This document shows positions 44,841 through 58,565 of a DNA stretch of 64,000 bases, piece after piece. The stretch lies in NCBI RefSeq assembly GCF_009914755.1, contig NC_060937.1, one strand, 5' to 3'. The position numbers and the translations under genes are program-made. The stretch's first letter is position 1. Every line of letters begins with the position of its first letter. Origin of the DNA: the human T2T-CHM13v2.0 reference genome, Homo sapiens. The notes beneath the pieces were generated by a model. The model had not been told where the DNA came from, did no database searches, and saw nothing but the letters and a program-made list of their open reading frames with translations.

Positions 44841-46135
44841 GCAAACAAGGATAATTTGACTACTTTATTTCCAATTTGCATGTCCCTTTATTTCTTTCTT
44901 TTGACTGATTGCTCCAACTAGGATTTGCTTAGGACTTCTAGTACTATGTTGAATAGCAATGATGAAAGTGGGCATCCTTTTCTAGTTCCAGGTCTTAGAG
45001 GAAAGGCTTTCAGTTTCCCCCATTTAGTATGATACTAACTGAGGGTCTGTTCTATATGGCTTTTATTATGTTGAGGTATGTTCTTTCTATACAGTTTTTT
45101 GAAGATTATGATCATGTATGAATGTTGAATTTTATCAAATGCTTTTTTAGCACCAATTGAAATGATCATGCGGTTTTTGTCCTTCATTCTATTGATATGA
45201 TGCATCGCATTAATTGATTTGCATATGTTTAACTATCCTTGCATCCTTGGGATAAATCCCACTTGGTCATGATGAATGATCTTTCTAATGTGTTGTTGAA
45301 TGCAGTTTGCTAGTATGTTGTTGAGCATTTTTGCGTCAATGTTCACCAGGGATATTTCCCTGTAGTTTTATTCATGTGTCTTTGGTTTTGGTATCAGAGT
45401 AATAATGGCCTTGTAGAACGAGTTTGGAAATACTCCCTCCTCCTCTATTTTTCACAGTAGTTTGAGTAGGATTGGTATTAGTTCTTTTTAAAATATTTGG
45501 TAAAATTCAGGAGTAAAACCATTAGGTCCTGAATTTTTCTTTCCTGGGAAACTTTTTATTATGTTTCCATCTCATTACTTCTTGGTCTTTACAGGTTTTG
45601 GATTTCTTCATCGTTCATTCTTGCTAGGTTGTATGTGTCTAGGAATGTATCCATTTACTCTAGATTTTCTAATTTATTGGCCTATAGTTGCTCCTAATAG
45701 CCTGTAATGATCCTCAGAATTTCTAAAATATCAACTATAATGTCACCTTTTTCATCTCTGATTTTATTTATTTAGGTCTTTTTTTTTTTTTAGTGTGGCT
45801 AAAGGTTAGTAGGTTTGGTTTATCTTTTTAAAAAACAAACTTTTCATTTTGTTGATATTTTGTATTTTTTCATTTCAATTTCATTAATTTCTGCTCTTAT
45901 CTTCATTCTTTCCTTTCTTCTATACTTATTTTGCATCTGGTTTACTCATGCTTTTCTAGTTCTTTAAGGTGTATCATCAGGTTATTTATTTGAGGTTTTT
46001 CACTTCTTTGATCTTGGAAATTATAGGTATAAATTTGCTTCTTCTGCTTTTTGCTGTATCCCATAGGTTTTGGTATGTTGTGTTTCCATTTTCATTTGTT
46101 TCAGTGAATTTTTCAAGTCATTTTTAATTTCTTTG
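44841..46135 (-). mobile_element. L1MA/L1PB-age ORF2 internal fragment lacking 3' UTR and poly-A
   Basis: gcaaacaaggataatttgac...gtactatgttgaatagc...gtttgagtaggattggtattagttc...tatcccataggttttggtatgttg. Less diverged than the host L1M. Confidence 0.8.
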
Positions 46136-46654
46136 TGGAACTTCTAAGGATCATTAGAGGCTACTATGAGCAACCATAGGCCAATAGATTAGAAAACCTA
46201 GAGTATATTGATACATATAGACATTGAAAAATCCACATTATCAATTTGTTCTTAAATAAGCTTTGGTAATTTGTCTCTTTTAAGAACTTTAAGCTGCCAA
46301 ATTCGTGAGTATAGAATTGTTCATAATAATTATTATCATTTAAATATATAGGTTCTGTAATGATATTTCTTCTTTTAATCAGTCCTTCTTTCTTAGTCTT
46401 ACTAGTATGTAACAACTTTCTTGATGTTTTCAAAGGAACTTTTCACTTTGTGAATTTACTATTTATTTCAATTTCATTTATTTCTTTCATTACCTCTGTT
46501 ATTTTACTTTTTTCAAATTATGTTTTATTTTATTTGTTTCTTATTTTTTCATTGACTTTTAAACATATGTATTTTTCCAATATAAGAATTTAAAGTAATA
46601 AATTACCCTCTCAATTTAACTCTATACCACAAATATGTAACTGTGTTATTGCCA

Positions 46655-47673
46655 TTTTATTTTATTTTTTAATTGACACATAATAATTGTGCATATTTGT
46701 GGGTACATAGTGATGTTTCAATACACATAGTGTATATATGTAATTACCCTGATGAGATGATGGTAATTAGCATATCCATCATTGCAAATGTTTATCATTT
46801 CTTTGTTTTGGGAACATTCAATATCCTTTGCTAACTATTTGAAACTATATAATATATTATTGTTAACCATTGTCATACCATAGTAGTATAGAGCATTAGA
46901 ACTTATTCCTCCGATCCAGCTTTAATTTTGAATCTTTTAAAAAATCTCTTCCCATCCCTCCCTTCCTCTTACGCTTCCCAGCCTCTAGCATCCTCTGTTT
47001 TACTTTTAACTTCTATAAGATCAAAATATTTTAGCTTCCACATATGAGTGAGAAGCTGTAATGTTTAACTTTCTTTTCTTGGCTCATTTCGCTCACATAA
47101 TATCCTCCATTTCTATGCATATTGCTGTGAAGGACAGGATTTCCTTCTCTTTTATGGCCGAATAGTACTTCATCATGTATATATATATATCTATCCTTCC
47201 TTCCTTCCTTCCTGCCTTCCTTCCTTCCTTCCTCTTTCTTTCTTTCTTTCTTCTTTTTCTTTATTTCTTTTTTTTTTTTTTGAGATGGAGTCTTGCTCTG
47301 GAGTGCATTGGCGTGACCTTGGCTCACCATAACCTCTGCCTCCCAGATTCAAGTGATTCTTCCACCTCAGCCTCCCGAGTAGCTGGGGATGCACCAGCAT
47401 GTCCAGCCAATTTTTATATTTTTAGTAGAGGCGGGGTTTCACCGTGTTGACCAGGTTAGTCTTGAACTCCTGACCTCCAGTGATCCGCCTACCTCGGCCT
47501 TCCAAAGTGCTGGGATTACAGGCATGAGCCGCCGTGCCCGGCCTGTATACCATATTTTCTTTATCCACTCATCTGTTGTTGGACCCTTAGGTTGATTCCA
47601 TATCTTGGGTATTGTGAATAGTGCTGCAATAAACATCGAGGTGCAGATGTTTATTCAATATACTGTTTTCCTT
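46655..47673 (-). mobile_element. L1MA4/5-like 3' end, interrupted by an Alu
   Basis: ttttaattgacacataataattgtgcatatttgtgggtacatagtg...tttagcttccacatatgagtgagaa...gaatagtgctgcaataaacat. Confidence 0.82.
47195..47543 (-). mobile_element. AluSx/Sz-like element whose tail has become (TTCC)n(TTTC)n
   Basis: Microsatellite tail, then tgagatggagtcttgctc…gagccgccgtgcccggcc, with small internal deletions. Confidence 0.9.
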
Positions 47674-48467
47674 GATTATTTTATATTTTTTCTAAATTAT
47701 CTTTTGATTTCTTTTATGAACTATGAGTTAGTGTTTCATGTGATTTACAACTATTTGGGGGTTTCCTAGATATGTCTTATGTCATTGATTTCGAATTAAA
47801 TTTTATTGTGATCAGAGGATATATTTTATAAAATCTAAAACTTAAAATCCGTTTAAACTTACTCTTTAACTCAGCATTTGGCCTATGTTGGTGATGCTTT
47901 CAATACACAAGAAAACAATGTAAATTCAGCATTTTAAGTGTAGTTTTTATAAATGTCAATAAGATCAAAGTGATTTGTAATGAAGTTGAAATGTTCTATA
48001 GCCATACTAATGTTTTGTCTTCCTGTTCTATCAGTGATGAACAAAGGGATGTTAAAATCTTTAATTATTACTGTCATTTATCTATTTCTCCCTTCAGTTC
48101 TGCTTACTTTCCTTCATGAATTATGAGGCTTTATTATTAAATCAGTGCCCCCTTTGGCATATTATTGTCCTCTCATGAATTGGTTATTTCATAATTATGA
48201 GATGCCCCCATTTTCTCTGATAATGCATCCCCTTTTCCAGTTTACATTGTATTTTGCTGATACAGCCACACAAGCTTCCTAATACTTGTTGTGTATATGG
48301 TTTATCTTTTTGTATAGGTTTACTTTTCACCTATCTGTGTCTTTATATTGAATATATGTTTCTGGTAGACAACATTAGTTGGGTCTTCTTTTCTTGTCTA
48401 ATATGACAATCTCTACCTTACAATTGGATAATTTAGTTCATAAATATGTTAAATAAAACATGTTGCT

Positions 48468-48823
<356 letters not shown>

Positions 48824-49385
48824 TTAATTGTGTTTTAAGTACTCATTTTAAATTGCATAGATGAGTTAGTTGCAGAGCTTTTTTACTGAGTTATTTGTCT
48901 TACAGTAATTATCAATTTATAGTTAACTAATCTAAATTTTACTTGGAGGTTTTTTTTTACAACTTCATATACAATGTAAAAAACTGATGACAGTAACATT
49001 TCCTTTATTCCCTCTATGTCCTTTGTGATTGTTTTAGTATAAATTTTTCTATGTACATCATAAACCCCACAATAAAATGATATCTTTTTAAATTTTAATA
49101 GTTTCCCTTCAACGAAATTGAACGATAAAAAAAGTATTTTCTGTTACTCATATACTTATCATTTCTATGCTTTTCATTTTCTCTAATTTGGCGTTTTGAT
49201 TTGATGTTATTTCCCTTCAGACTAAAAAATTTCTGTTAGCATGTTTTGTAGTGAAGATTTGCTGGTGACAAATTAACCCATTTAATTTTTCTGAAAACGT
49301 CTTAATTTTACCTTCAACTTTGAAAGATATTTTAACAATATATAGAAATGAACCTGATGCTCTGTCATCTCCAAATACTTTAGTA

Positions 49386-49614
49386 GAGTGATTCTCAACC
49401 AGGGGCAGTTTTGCCCTCCAGGAAACATCTGATAATAGCTCAAGATATTTTTAGTTGTTAGCCTGGGGAATAGGGTGGGGAAGGTGCTACTGTCATTCAG
49501 TTATTAAAGGGAAGGCATGTTGCTAAACATCCTGCAATTCACAAGAAATGCCCACAACGAAGAATTATATGGCCCAAATGTCAAAAGCGGTAGTGCCAAG
49601 GTTGAAACACACTG
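49386..49614 (+). mobile_element. MER20 (hAT-Charlie), near full length
   Basis: gagtgattctcaaccaggggcagttttgccc...tgccaaggttgaaacacactg. Degenerate 8-bp TSD ctttagta/cttttgtg. Confidence 0.85.
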
Positions 49615-49959
49615 CTTTTGTGTATATTTTCTACAAACAAAATTGTGTGTCTGTATATGTATATACACACATATAGATGATTCTATATATTACAAACCTA
49701 TTACAGTAATATATGTGTGACATACACACACACACAATACATGCACAGTACAACAAACAAAACCAGAAAATTAATGTTAATATATTGCTACCATCTAATT
49801 TTCAAGCCCCCATTAAAATTTCACCAATAGTCCCAATAATGTTTCATAGCAAAAGGATCAATTTCAGAATCATACATTGACTTTGATCGTCAGGTCTTTT
49901 TAATGCCCATTTATTAAGAAGAGATCTTTAGACCTAACTTGACCAAGATTTCTGGCCCA

Positions 49960-50151
49960 TCTTTTCTTCTTTCTTTTTTTCCTTTGCTTTGCTTCTCCTT
50001 CCTTTCCTCCTTTCCTTTCTCCTTCTCTTTCCCCTTCCTTTTTCTCCTCCCTCTCCCTTTCCCTTCCCCCACCCCTTCTTTCTCCTTCCCTCTCCCCTCC
50101 CCTTCCTTCTCCTTTCCTCTTTCCCTTACTTTTTCCCTTTCCTTTCCTTCT
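49960..50151. repeat. Pyrimidine-rich (CT/CCCTT) low-complexity tract
   Basis: About 190 nt almost entirely C and T. Confidence 0.9.
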
Positions 50152-51859
50152 GTTTTGAATGCCTCCATTTAGGTTTTCTGAGATTTCCTTGTGACTATAG
50201 TCAGGGAATGCACTTTGACAAGAATATCACAGAATGGGTGCTGCATGATTTTTTCATTGCATCCTATCAGGTGGTACATAATTTCAATGTGTCTCATTAC
50301 TGATGATGCTTATTTTGACAGGTTGATCATGGTTGTAAATACTTGGCTTCTATCCTGTTATTCTCTATTTCTAGATTCTGTTATTTTACTTTATGTTGCT
50401 TCTCCTAAAGGGGAATAGGAATTTTATCTGTTTCTTTATTCTTTTTTGTTTATTCCCTCAAATAGATAGTTTTATTCCTTACTATACTTTTAGCACATAG
50501 TACCTAGTGCAAAACACTAATACATGTTGAACACTAACATTTGTTGAACAAATGTCTGAAACTGAATCTGTCCTGCTACCACAAAATTGTCTCTCTCTCA
50601 CTCTCTTTCTCTCTCTATATATATTTTTTCCTATAGGGATACCATCAACTACATAGTTGTCTAAGCCAAGGTTTCCTGCTAGAACTGATTAAAGTCCATG
50701 CATCCTCATTATCCAGAGGCGGTGTTTCTCATCTACAGCTATAGTCTGAGGCTAACCATTCCTTATGGTTAATATCTGAGAGGAAGAATCATGCAGCGTG
50801 GAGATAACTGTGAAGGAATAAAAATAGAAACCCTTTTGGACACAAACCCAGCCTGGACTTCTCTCTCCCCTTTTAATGATTAATGAATGAAAAAGATTTC
50901 ATCATTAGATGTAGTTAGTTTCCATTACATAAAAAGGAAGCTGATGAAATACATAATTGAGTTATATACACACATCCTGTTGGTTCTATTTCTCTGCAGA
51001 ACTCTATTAAAGAAGTTATTGAGTATTATTTACATGTGCACTGATAAATATGTCTAAAGACTATGTCTGAACACATAAATTTATATCAATGATTATATTT
51101 GGTTCATTCTTATTACACTTGATTCTAATTCTTATGAAGTTGATGGTTGGTAGAATGAATGATAAAAGGAGATTCTGTCCCCTTCAGAAGTGTTTGTGTA
51201 GTTATATGCCAGAGTTTTGAAGATTGAGGGAAAGGTTGAGCTTAAGTAATTTGATGGGCAAACTCAATGCTTGAATGTAAGATAGTAGTTTTCTTTGAAA
51301 GATTTGGAGAATTTCATAATGACTTTTACTTTTGCTAATTATTGATAAATTCACATGTAAATAAGGTTTACTTAGGTAAGCTCAAGGAAATCATGCTTTG
51401 TTTCAGGCTTATTTTAAATCTGATTTTGTTTTACTGTCTTTGCTTTTACAGGAAAATAATCATTATTGTTTTTAAACGATGGAATCTATTGTGTGCTTTA
51501 GATGCAATAGAACTTTGTGAAATATTACATGTAAATAGTATATATTGTATAGAACTGGACCCATGTAGCAACTTTTGCCATATTATTTATAAGTGATAGT
51601 AATACAGTTATCTTTAGAAAAATAAACTTAGGGACTATGAGCTGTGACTAAAAATGAGCAAAAGTTGTTTAAGTTTTACTTTTAAGTAATATTAATTACC
51701 ACTACAACATTAAAAGAAAGTGCTTTTCAAATTAAGGACTTGCAAAACTTTGAATAAAAATAAAACAGTCTATTTTAAAAGGAGATAGAATATCCAAAGT
51801 TTTCAAGTTAAGTAATTCTAAGCATATTCAGAAAAGGATATTCCAAACCAAAATTTTGA

Positions 51860-52255
<396 letters not shown>

Positions 52256-52922
52256 TGTTTTTGTCTTAATTTTCAAAGTAAAATGTTAATTGATTTTGTG
52301 GGATTACTTTGGCAAACATGGGAGATCCCCAAACAAATTTTGAAGAGTTTTTTTCTTTTCTGTTTTCCACTTTCTCTTAAAAAAAATGTATCTCGTGTAC
52401 AAATAAATACTATGAATTAAAAATAATAATAATAAATTATGATTTTCCTTGGTGAGGATCAGTTGTCAAAGACATTGGTCTAGCTAATGCCAACTATTTG
52501 ATATAAAATTCTGTAGCAGTGGAGAGGTGAAGAAGAGCTAAAGGAAGAATAAGAAAGACAACAGCATCTTTAAGAAGGTCCTCTTAAAAGGAATCACTTC
52601 TTGTTTTCTTACAAGTTAAAACCTCACTACACTAACGTCACATTTTTTTTAAACTTCTGAATTTTCTGGCACTTCAAATACCCCATGACCCCATGGCAGA
52701 AACGTCAGATAATATTTGCTACTCATTTAAACAATTTTGCTTTTCCTCTTCCTTCTTTGTTTTTCTTATTCTCTCTCCTCATTTCTCTCTTGTTCTCTCT
52801 TCCCATTTTTCTTTTTCTCTGCTTCTCCCTACCTCCTCTTGTGACTTTCTGTCTCCTCATCCCATCCCTCTACTACTTAGATGTCACATCAATTTGACTG
52901 CCCTCATATTTACAATGAATAC

Positions 52923-53214
52923 TTTTTTTTTGAGATTGAGTTTCACTCTTGTGGCCCAGGCTTGAGTGCAATAGCACGATCTCTGCTCGCCGCAACATCT
53001 GCCTCCTGGGTTAAAGTGCTTCTCTTGCCTCAGCCTCCCAAGTAGCTGGGATTATAGGCATGTGCCACCATGTCCAGCTAATTTTGTATTTTTAGTAGAG
53101 ATGGGGGTTTCTCCATGTTGGTCAGGCTGGTCTCGAACTCCCGACCTCAGCTGATCGACCCACCTCAGCCTCCCAAAGTGCTGGGATTACAGGCATGAGC
53201 TACTGTGCTCGGCC
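52923..53214 (-). mobile_element. AluSp
   Basis: gagtttcactcttg, gtttctccatgttggtcaggc. TSD atgaatacttttt. Confidence 0.93.
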
Positions 53215-53369
53215 ATGAATACTTTTTAAATTCATGCTTCTGAAAGTTTCAAAGAATGAAAAGGTATAAATGTCTCAAATAATAATTTGCTTGATGGTTG
53301 AAATGAATGGCATTTCTCAAAAAGGCCAAGGGATTGAATACAGAAATTTAAACAGTAAATTTCTGTTAG

Positions 53370-53776
53370 TGATATGGTTTGGATATTTTGTCCCCTCCAA
53401 ATCTCATGTTGAAATGTGACTTCCAGTGTTGGAGGTGGGCTTAGTAAAAGGTGTTTTTTTCCCAAAGGTGGATCCCCATGAATGGTTTTGTGCTGTCCTC
53501 CTGGTAATGGGTGAGTTCTCGCTCTATGAATTCACAAGAGATCTTGTTGTTTAAAAGAGCCTGGCATCTCCCTTGCCCCTTCTCTCCTCATGTAATACTT
53601 CGGCTCCCCCTTTGCCTTAAGCCATGATTGACAGCTTCCTGGGCCTCAGGAGAAGCTGAGCAGATACTAGTGCCATATTTGTACAGCCTGCAAAACCATC
53701 AGCCAAATACTCCTCTTTTCTTTATAAATTACCCGGTCCCAGGTATTCCTTTATAGCAATGAGATGGACTAATATA
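53370..53776 (+). mobile_element. MSTB-like MaLR solo LTR
   Basis: tgatatggtttggatattttgtcccctccaaatctcatgttgaaatg...ttcctttatagcaatgagatggactaatata. TSD gttag/gtcag. Confidence 0.88.
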
Positions 53777-53972
53777 GTCAGTTTTGACATTATGAACCTT
53801 TCATATTAAAATTAAATTTCTAAATTCACCCACTTATTGCGGTTGTCTTCTATCTTTTCTATAATAATGAATTTTGCATGTGACTTTAAATGTGCTTTAA
53901 TAATTGATTCACTGTTTAGCTCTATTTTTGGAAACTACCAGCTTCCACTATTGAAGTAAAAGTATCATCATT

Positions 53973-54276
<304 letters not shown>

Positions 54277-55129
54277 GTATCATCATTGAGTCTCTACTGC
54301 TGAGGTAACTGTTGTCTAATTTCCCTTCAGTTCTACTGCTGTCCCAGTGGAAACAGGGAATCTTCACCACTTACATGACATGTTTGCCTGAACTCTAATC
54401 TTCTACACCTTTTGCAGAAAAGAGAGTAATGTGGCAGTCCAGGGCAGTTTACCAATTTAGAAATGGTGTCTGCTCAGTGTTTTCCTCTGTGTCACTTACT
54501 AAAACATAGAAAAGAAATCATGGACATTAAAAGGAACAGAGAGATTTAATGTGATATTTTAATTCTAAGAAAGATTTATGGACACATGAATCCTCAAATG
54601 TTATCTAAAGTGTAAAGTGTGGTTTTCATTGTGTTTGTCCCTATCACAAAAAGACAATGCTTTCAGTTTCCTTGTGATTTAATCAAATGTTAAATCTACT
54701 AAAAAGTTGTTTCTTAGAATTAAGCCAGAGTGCTTTGTTATTGATTTAATAATGTAAATTCACGAGGGATGGATGGTTTAGAAGTTTAAGTAAGTTATCT
54801 AAATAAGGAAAATTAATTCAAAAATTTAGATATTTCTGATCAAATATTAACTTTTATTATAAATGAACGAACAATTGTATAGCATTTCAAATAAAAGGGA
54901 TTTTCCCACTGGAAATGCTGTCTGATAAATATTGTTCATGTTGCTATAATATCTGTGGAAAATTCAGAATTTTCAAAAGGGGACATGGCTAAATTTCTGA
55001 GTGTGATTATCAGTAAATTGTAAGCTCTTAAATGAGCTGATTAAAGCCCTATGAGAAATATAGTTTTATAGATACAGGAAAATGGTGTGTTTAAACTGTT
55101 AAATTGAAATCATATTATTCAAGAAATTG

Positions 55130-56040
<911 letters not shown>

Positions 56041-56072
56041 TATATGGGGTGAAATTGTCCAGCAATGGTGTT

Positions 56073-56400
56073 GTTTTTTGTTTTGTTTCGTTTGTTTTGT
56101 TTTGTTTTTAGATGGAGTCTTGCCCTGTTGCCCAGTCTGGAGTGCATTGGCGTGGGAGTGCCTTGGTGCAATCTTGGCTTATTACAAGCTCTGCCCCCTG
56201 GGTTCAAGTGATTCTCCTGCCTCAGCCTCCCAAGTAGCTGGGATTACAGGAACCTGCCACCACGACTGGCTAATTTTTTGTATCTTTACTAGAGATGGGA
56301 TTTCACCATGTTGGCCAGGCTGGTCTCCAACTCCTGACCTCATGATCCACCCGCCTCAGCCTCCCAAAGTGCTGGGATTATAGGCGTGAACCACCTCGCC
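56073..56400 (-). mobile_element. AluSg-like with (TTTTG)n tail and an internal ~16-bp duplication
   Basis: ggagtgcattggcgtg-ggagtgccttggtgca, gacctcatgatcc. TSD (cc)agcaatggtgtt. Confidence 0.9.
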
Positions 56401-56694
56401 AGCAATGGTGTTTCTGACTCCTCTATAGAGATTATTAATTGTATTCTTGGACAAAGCCAGAGTCCTAAAGGAAAAATATATGTACCACACTACTGCAATA
56501 TCTTCTGAAAATTACTTTTATAAATTGGGTATAACTTTATTTGCTATTGAATATATTTTTCTCTCTTCTTATTGCTGCTATTCTTTGAGTAACTTATACG
56601 TTTTCTCCTACATTATTGCTGAGATTTTAATTTTGGTACTTCTATGGCCTCTTTATCTAAACAATGAAATCCAAGTGCTTATTTGATTTCATAA

Positions 56695-57074
56695 TGTATT
56701 AGACCGTTCTCACATTGCTATAAAGAGCTACCTGGGACTGGTAGCACTTATAAAGAAAAGAGGTTTAATTGATTCACAATTCTGCAGGCTGTACAGGAGG
56801 GATGGCTGGGGAGGCCTCAGGAAACTTATAATTGTAGCGGAAGGTGAGGGGAAGCAAGCACATCTTCACATGGTGACAGCAGAGGGAGAGAGAGCAAAGG
56901 GGGAAGTGCTACACACTTAAACAACCAGATTTCCTGAGAACTCACTGTCATGAGAACAGCAAGGGGAAAATCTACCCCCATGATACAATCACCTCCCACC
57001 AGGTCCTTCCGCTAACACTGGGGATTACAGTTCAACATAAGGCTTGGGTGGAGACACAGAGCAAAACCATATCA
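56695..57074 (-). mobile_element. MSTA MaLR solo LTR
   Basis: tgtattagaccgttctcacattgctataaagag...gcaaaaccatatca. Exact 5-bp TSD cataa. Confidence 0.92.
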
Positions 57075-57909
57075 CATAATATTAGTATAACATGACTTTG
57101 TGAGAATGATTTCTCACTTTCTTGGAGACCCTTAATTGGTAAAGACTATCCATTAAGAGTTATTTGGCCTAACACGCTCCATCAGATTCTTACATTCACC
57201 AAGGTGAATTGAAAATCTGTTTTCTCTTTTTGATACTGTTACTATTCCTGCCTCTCTAAAGATGAAGAACTCCCTTATGCACCGTAGAGTATGAAATGCT
57301 TCAAGAACAAGAGAATGGTTTGTTAGAAAAGGAGTAGATAAAATTGCCTGAACAAATGACAGCAATTCTTGTCCTGAGCCTTGATTTATCACTCCTGAGG
57401 GTTGTCTGCAAGAGTGAAGCATGGTAAGTTAATATTTAAAATATTAGAATGTAAGGAAACTCAGTCTCCCTAAGCTCTTATGAAATGATCGGAATACTTC
57501 ACTTTAAGGGCTAGCCTTTATCCTTATGAATATAATTTTGATTAATTATATGCATGACTAATAAGCAGACGCCATGACACTTACAGTGCAGTTCATTTCA
57601 CCTGTATTAACAGGGCACTTACCATGAGTAAAGCACCTTCAGGGAGACAATGAGTAACATCCCTCATCAACTGGAGTCTTCACGCTATAGACGCATATTC
57701 TGGAGAACTATGTAATAAAAATGTGATTAATGTGCTCAGGAAGAATTAAAAATTTATGTATTAAGCAGAAAATGCAGAATGAATTAATATAGCTCTCAGT
57801 ATATTTGAGTTATTTTTTTCTGGTTTCTTGCTTAAACATTGACATGTTAGAAGAATACGGTCTTGATAAATTTATTCAAGTTGATCCGTGTTGCATTTGG
57901 AAGGAAATA

Positions 57910-58265
57910 CAGGTTGAATATTCCTTATCTGAAATGCTTGGTACCAGAAGTGATTAGGATTTTGGATATTTTCAGAATTTGGAATATTTGCACATAGGTA
58001 ATGAGATATGTTGGGGATGGGACCCAAGTCTTAACATCAAATGTATTTATGTTTCACATACACCTGATATACACAGCATAAAGGTAATTTTATTTTAGCC
58101 TTGTGGATACTGAATAGACTATGTGTTATGTGCCTGCATTTTTCCTGTAAATCATAAGAGGTTGGGTGTGGAATTTTCAACTTTTGACAGCATGTCAGTA
58201 CTCAAAAGTTTCAGATTTTGGAACATTTTCAATTTTAGATATTCTGATTAAAGATATTCAACCTG
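57910..58265. mobile_element. Tigger4b (Zombi/MER46) non-autonomous DNA transposon
   Basis: TA|caggttgaatattccttatctgaaatgcttgg ... gatattcaacctg|TA: terminal inverted repeats with a TA TSD, 356 bp. Confidence 0.9.
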
Positions 58266-58285
58266 TATACATTTACCTATCCCTA

Positions 58286-58565
58286 GCAAACTCGTACAAG
58301 AACAGAAAACCAAATACCACATGTTCTCACTTATAAGTGGGAGCTAAAGGATAAGAACCTATGAACTCAAAGAAGGAAACAGACACCGGGGTCTACTTGA
58401 GAGAGGGGTGGGAGGAGGGAGAGGAGCAGAAAAGATAACCACTGGGTACTGGGCTTAATGCCTCGGTGATGAAATGATATATACAACAAATCCCTGTGAT
58501 GTATGTTTATTTATGTAACAACCCTTCACATGTACCCCCAAAATCTAAAAAAAAGGTTAAAAAAA
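58286..58565 (+). mobile_element. L1PA15/16-like 3' end
   Basis: acagaaaaccaaataccacatgttctcacttataagtggg...gagcagaaaagataaccactgggtactgggc...catgtacccccaaaatctaaaa. Confidence 0.85.

Larger units (their letters stand above)
49350..50360 (-). mobile_element. L1MC-like 3' UTR fragment containing the MER20 and a CT-rich expansion
   Basis: aaaaccagaaaattaatgttaata...ttcaccaatagtcccaataatg...tgcatcctatcaggtggtacataatttc. Confidence 0.6.

Noticed and set aside
49914-50303. Overlapping Lys/Glu/Gly-rich and Phe/Pro/Ser-rich ORFs
   Set aside because: Artefacts of the stop-free CT-rich low-complexity tract.
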